A stretch of 22,067 nucleotides of DNA from Amoeboaphelidium occidentale. Lineage: Eukaryota. The stretch lies in the NCBI GenBank assembly GCA_023515795.1, contig JALGPX010000037.1, positions 62,001-84,067 of the forward strand, read 5' to 3'. A program made the position numbers and the translations under genes. Under the pieces are notes generated by a model. That model ran no database searches, was not told the origin of the DNA, and was given only the letters and a program-made list of their open reading frames with translations. Below, one piece after another: positions 20,801-22,067 of the stretch. Each line of letters opens with the position of its first letter. The first letter of the stretch is position 1.

Positions 20801-21778
20801 GTAAATGAATTTCGGTGTATCAGTTGCCTGGTTCCACCGGATGGTGAAATCATCAGCTGCACCAGTAAAGAATTCTTTCTCGTTCCTTACAACCAAACAC
20901 ATCAGAGATACTTCGTGAGCATTAGGAGTTATCTGAATGTAATCGCCACTCTCTATGTTCCATTTAGCCATGGTCCCCTCAAATCCGCCTGCATAAAGAT
21001 ACTCTCCTATTGGAGTCAATACCCGTATTTCTTCAGTAAAGCCATCATATCTTCTGATAATTTCTCCGCTATCTTTGTTCCAAGAAAAAGTTTTGCCAGT
21101 CTTGTCACTAGTAAATAGCAGATTTTGCTTCAACGCCATGGCAGATATTGTTCCAGTGTGACCAACCAGGTATGAATGAAAGGAGAATGTGGATATCTCA
21201 CATTTAACCAATTGCTGCGAACCACCTGGCATTCCTAAGTACATAAAGTTTTCATCTACCTCTATGTGATATGTTTGCTTTTGCAAATCTAAACATGAGT
21301 ACCTAACAATGATAAGCTCACCAATGGACTTAACCACTTTGAAAGTTTTCAAATCAATATGCCTTACAATCCCATCTTGGCCGCATGTGTATAACTGATC
21401 ATTCTGATATGCTATACGGGCTATTACTGTGTCCCTAGAGCTTAATGGTATCCTTTTTATCACTGATCCGGTGGTCAAGTTCCATACGACGATCATATCA
21501 TCCCAACCAGCGGTTATCATTCTGTGATCATCAGTGACTACGAATGCTGAAATGTATTTGGTATGAGCTCTTAATGTCCTTTCTAAGGCTCCAGTCTCAA
21601 TGTCTCTTTGGCAAATATCTTTGTTAGAAGTGATCAGTACCGAATTCATGTAAAACTGCACATCGAAAACCGGTGCTGCAACATCACTCAACATAAAGCT
21701 CTTCTCATGTTCCAGTGCTAGCAGAATCAAGCTCTTTAGGGCAATAACTAAGAAAGCGATCAGACTTTTGGTGCGCAT
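17900..21778 (-). CDS. Receptor-like protein kinase: signal peptide, large WD40 ectodomain, single TM, TKL-like kinase, ~1205 aa; exons 21778-21322, 21288-20551, 20514-20275, 20240-20127, 20091-17900 (123-nt gap duplication collapsed)
   Basis: N-terminal MRTKSLIAFLVIALKSLILLA and many GH...D..I..W[DN] repeats. Ser/Thr stalk, TM AYVIISVVAATVIIGVVAFFYL, then KKKKSK. Kinase motifs AGGGG, HCDLKPQN, DFG and YAAPE. Introns of 33, 36, 34 and 35 nt join the two listed ORFs into one frame. Confidence 0.9.
18862..19086. other. Assembly artefact: 102-nt duplication (18862-18963 / 18985-19086) flanking a 21-N gap
   Basis: Copies identical except C18887/G19010. Confidence 0.9.
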
Positions 21779-22058
21779 TTCGAGAACTTTGATCTGTATC
21801 ACAAGATTTGAGTAAAATAGTTGGGTTTCATAAATTTATTGAATATCTTTGTTGGTGTTGAGAAACACCATTCCAAGCACAAATTATCTGTGATGAACTT
21901 AGATCTCTTGNACTTTTGGTGCGCATTTCGATAACTTTGATCTGTATCACAAGATTTGAGTAAAATAGTTGGGTTTCATAAATTTATTGAATATCTTTGT
22001 TGGTGTTGAGAAACACCATTCCAAGCACAAATTATCTGTGATGAACTTAGATCTCTTG
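21764..22058. other. Probable assembly artefact: 147-nt duplication (21764-21910 / 21912-22058) flanking a single N
   Basis: Copies identical except G21784/T21932. Confidence 0.85.
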
Positions 22059-22067
22059 TGATGCTTC

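Noticed and set aside
403..21118. Numerous 60-145 aa antisense or shifted ORFs in the ORF track
   Set aside because: They lie within well-supported genes on another frame or strand and show no motifs.
4520..22058. Direct repeats as real tandem duplications, LTRs or CRISPR-like arrays
   Set aside because: All abut N gaps, and for the three inside coding regions collapsing them restores intact proteins; no mobile-element genes seen.
1..22067. Non-standard genetic code (UAR = Gln) as in Amoeboaphelidium protococcarum
   Set aside because: No in-frame TAA/TAG inside conserved domains, and TAA terminates most genes at their expected C-termini.

Overview
Very compact, intron-rich eukaryotic DNA with fungal-type genes and the standard genetic code. 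Gene content and architecture suggest an early-diverging holomycotan, possibly an aphelid (inference). I reconstructed 12 protein genes by hand, most split by tiny 32-44 nt GT-AG introns: isocitrate lyase (5' partial), a STE20/GCK kinase, aspartate-semialdehyde dehydrogenase, a possible DCAF15-like protein, an NT-C2 (EEIG1-like) protein, an SFT2-domain protein, a PMT2-type O-mannosyltransferase, cytochrome c oxidase subunit IV (fungal Cox5), Ubp3/USP10, Mak10/NAA35, a 3-KH RNA-binding protein, and a ~1205-aa WD40-ectodomain receptor-like kinase. The standout is the COX4/Cox5 gene: it has two paralogous 129-nt phase-1 internal exons that both end in EKKA. This is the layout of mutually exclusive exons and could give two Cox5a/Cox5b-like isoforms from one gene. 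Also notable: the receptor kinase has blade-aligned symmetric exons and a truncated C-lobe, and three tandem gene junctions are in frame across a single stop codon. Four duplications flanking N gaps are assembly artefacts, each with one SNP.
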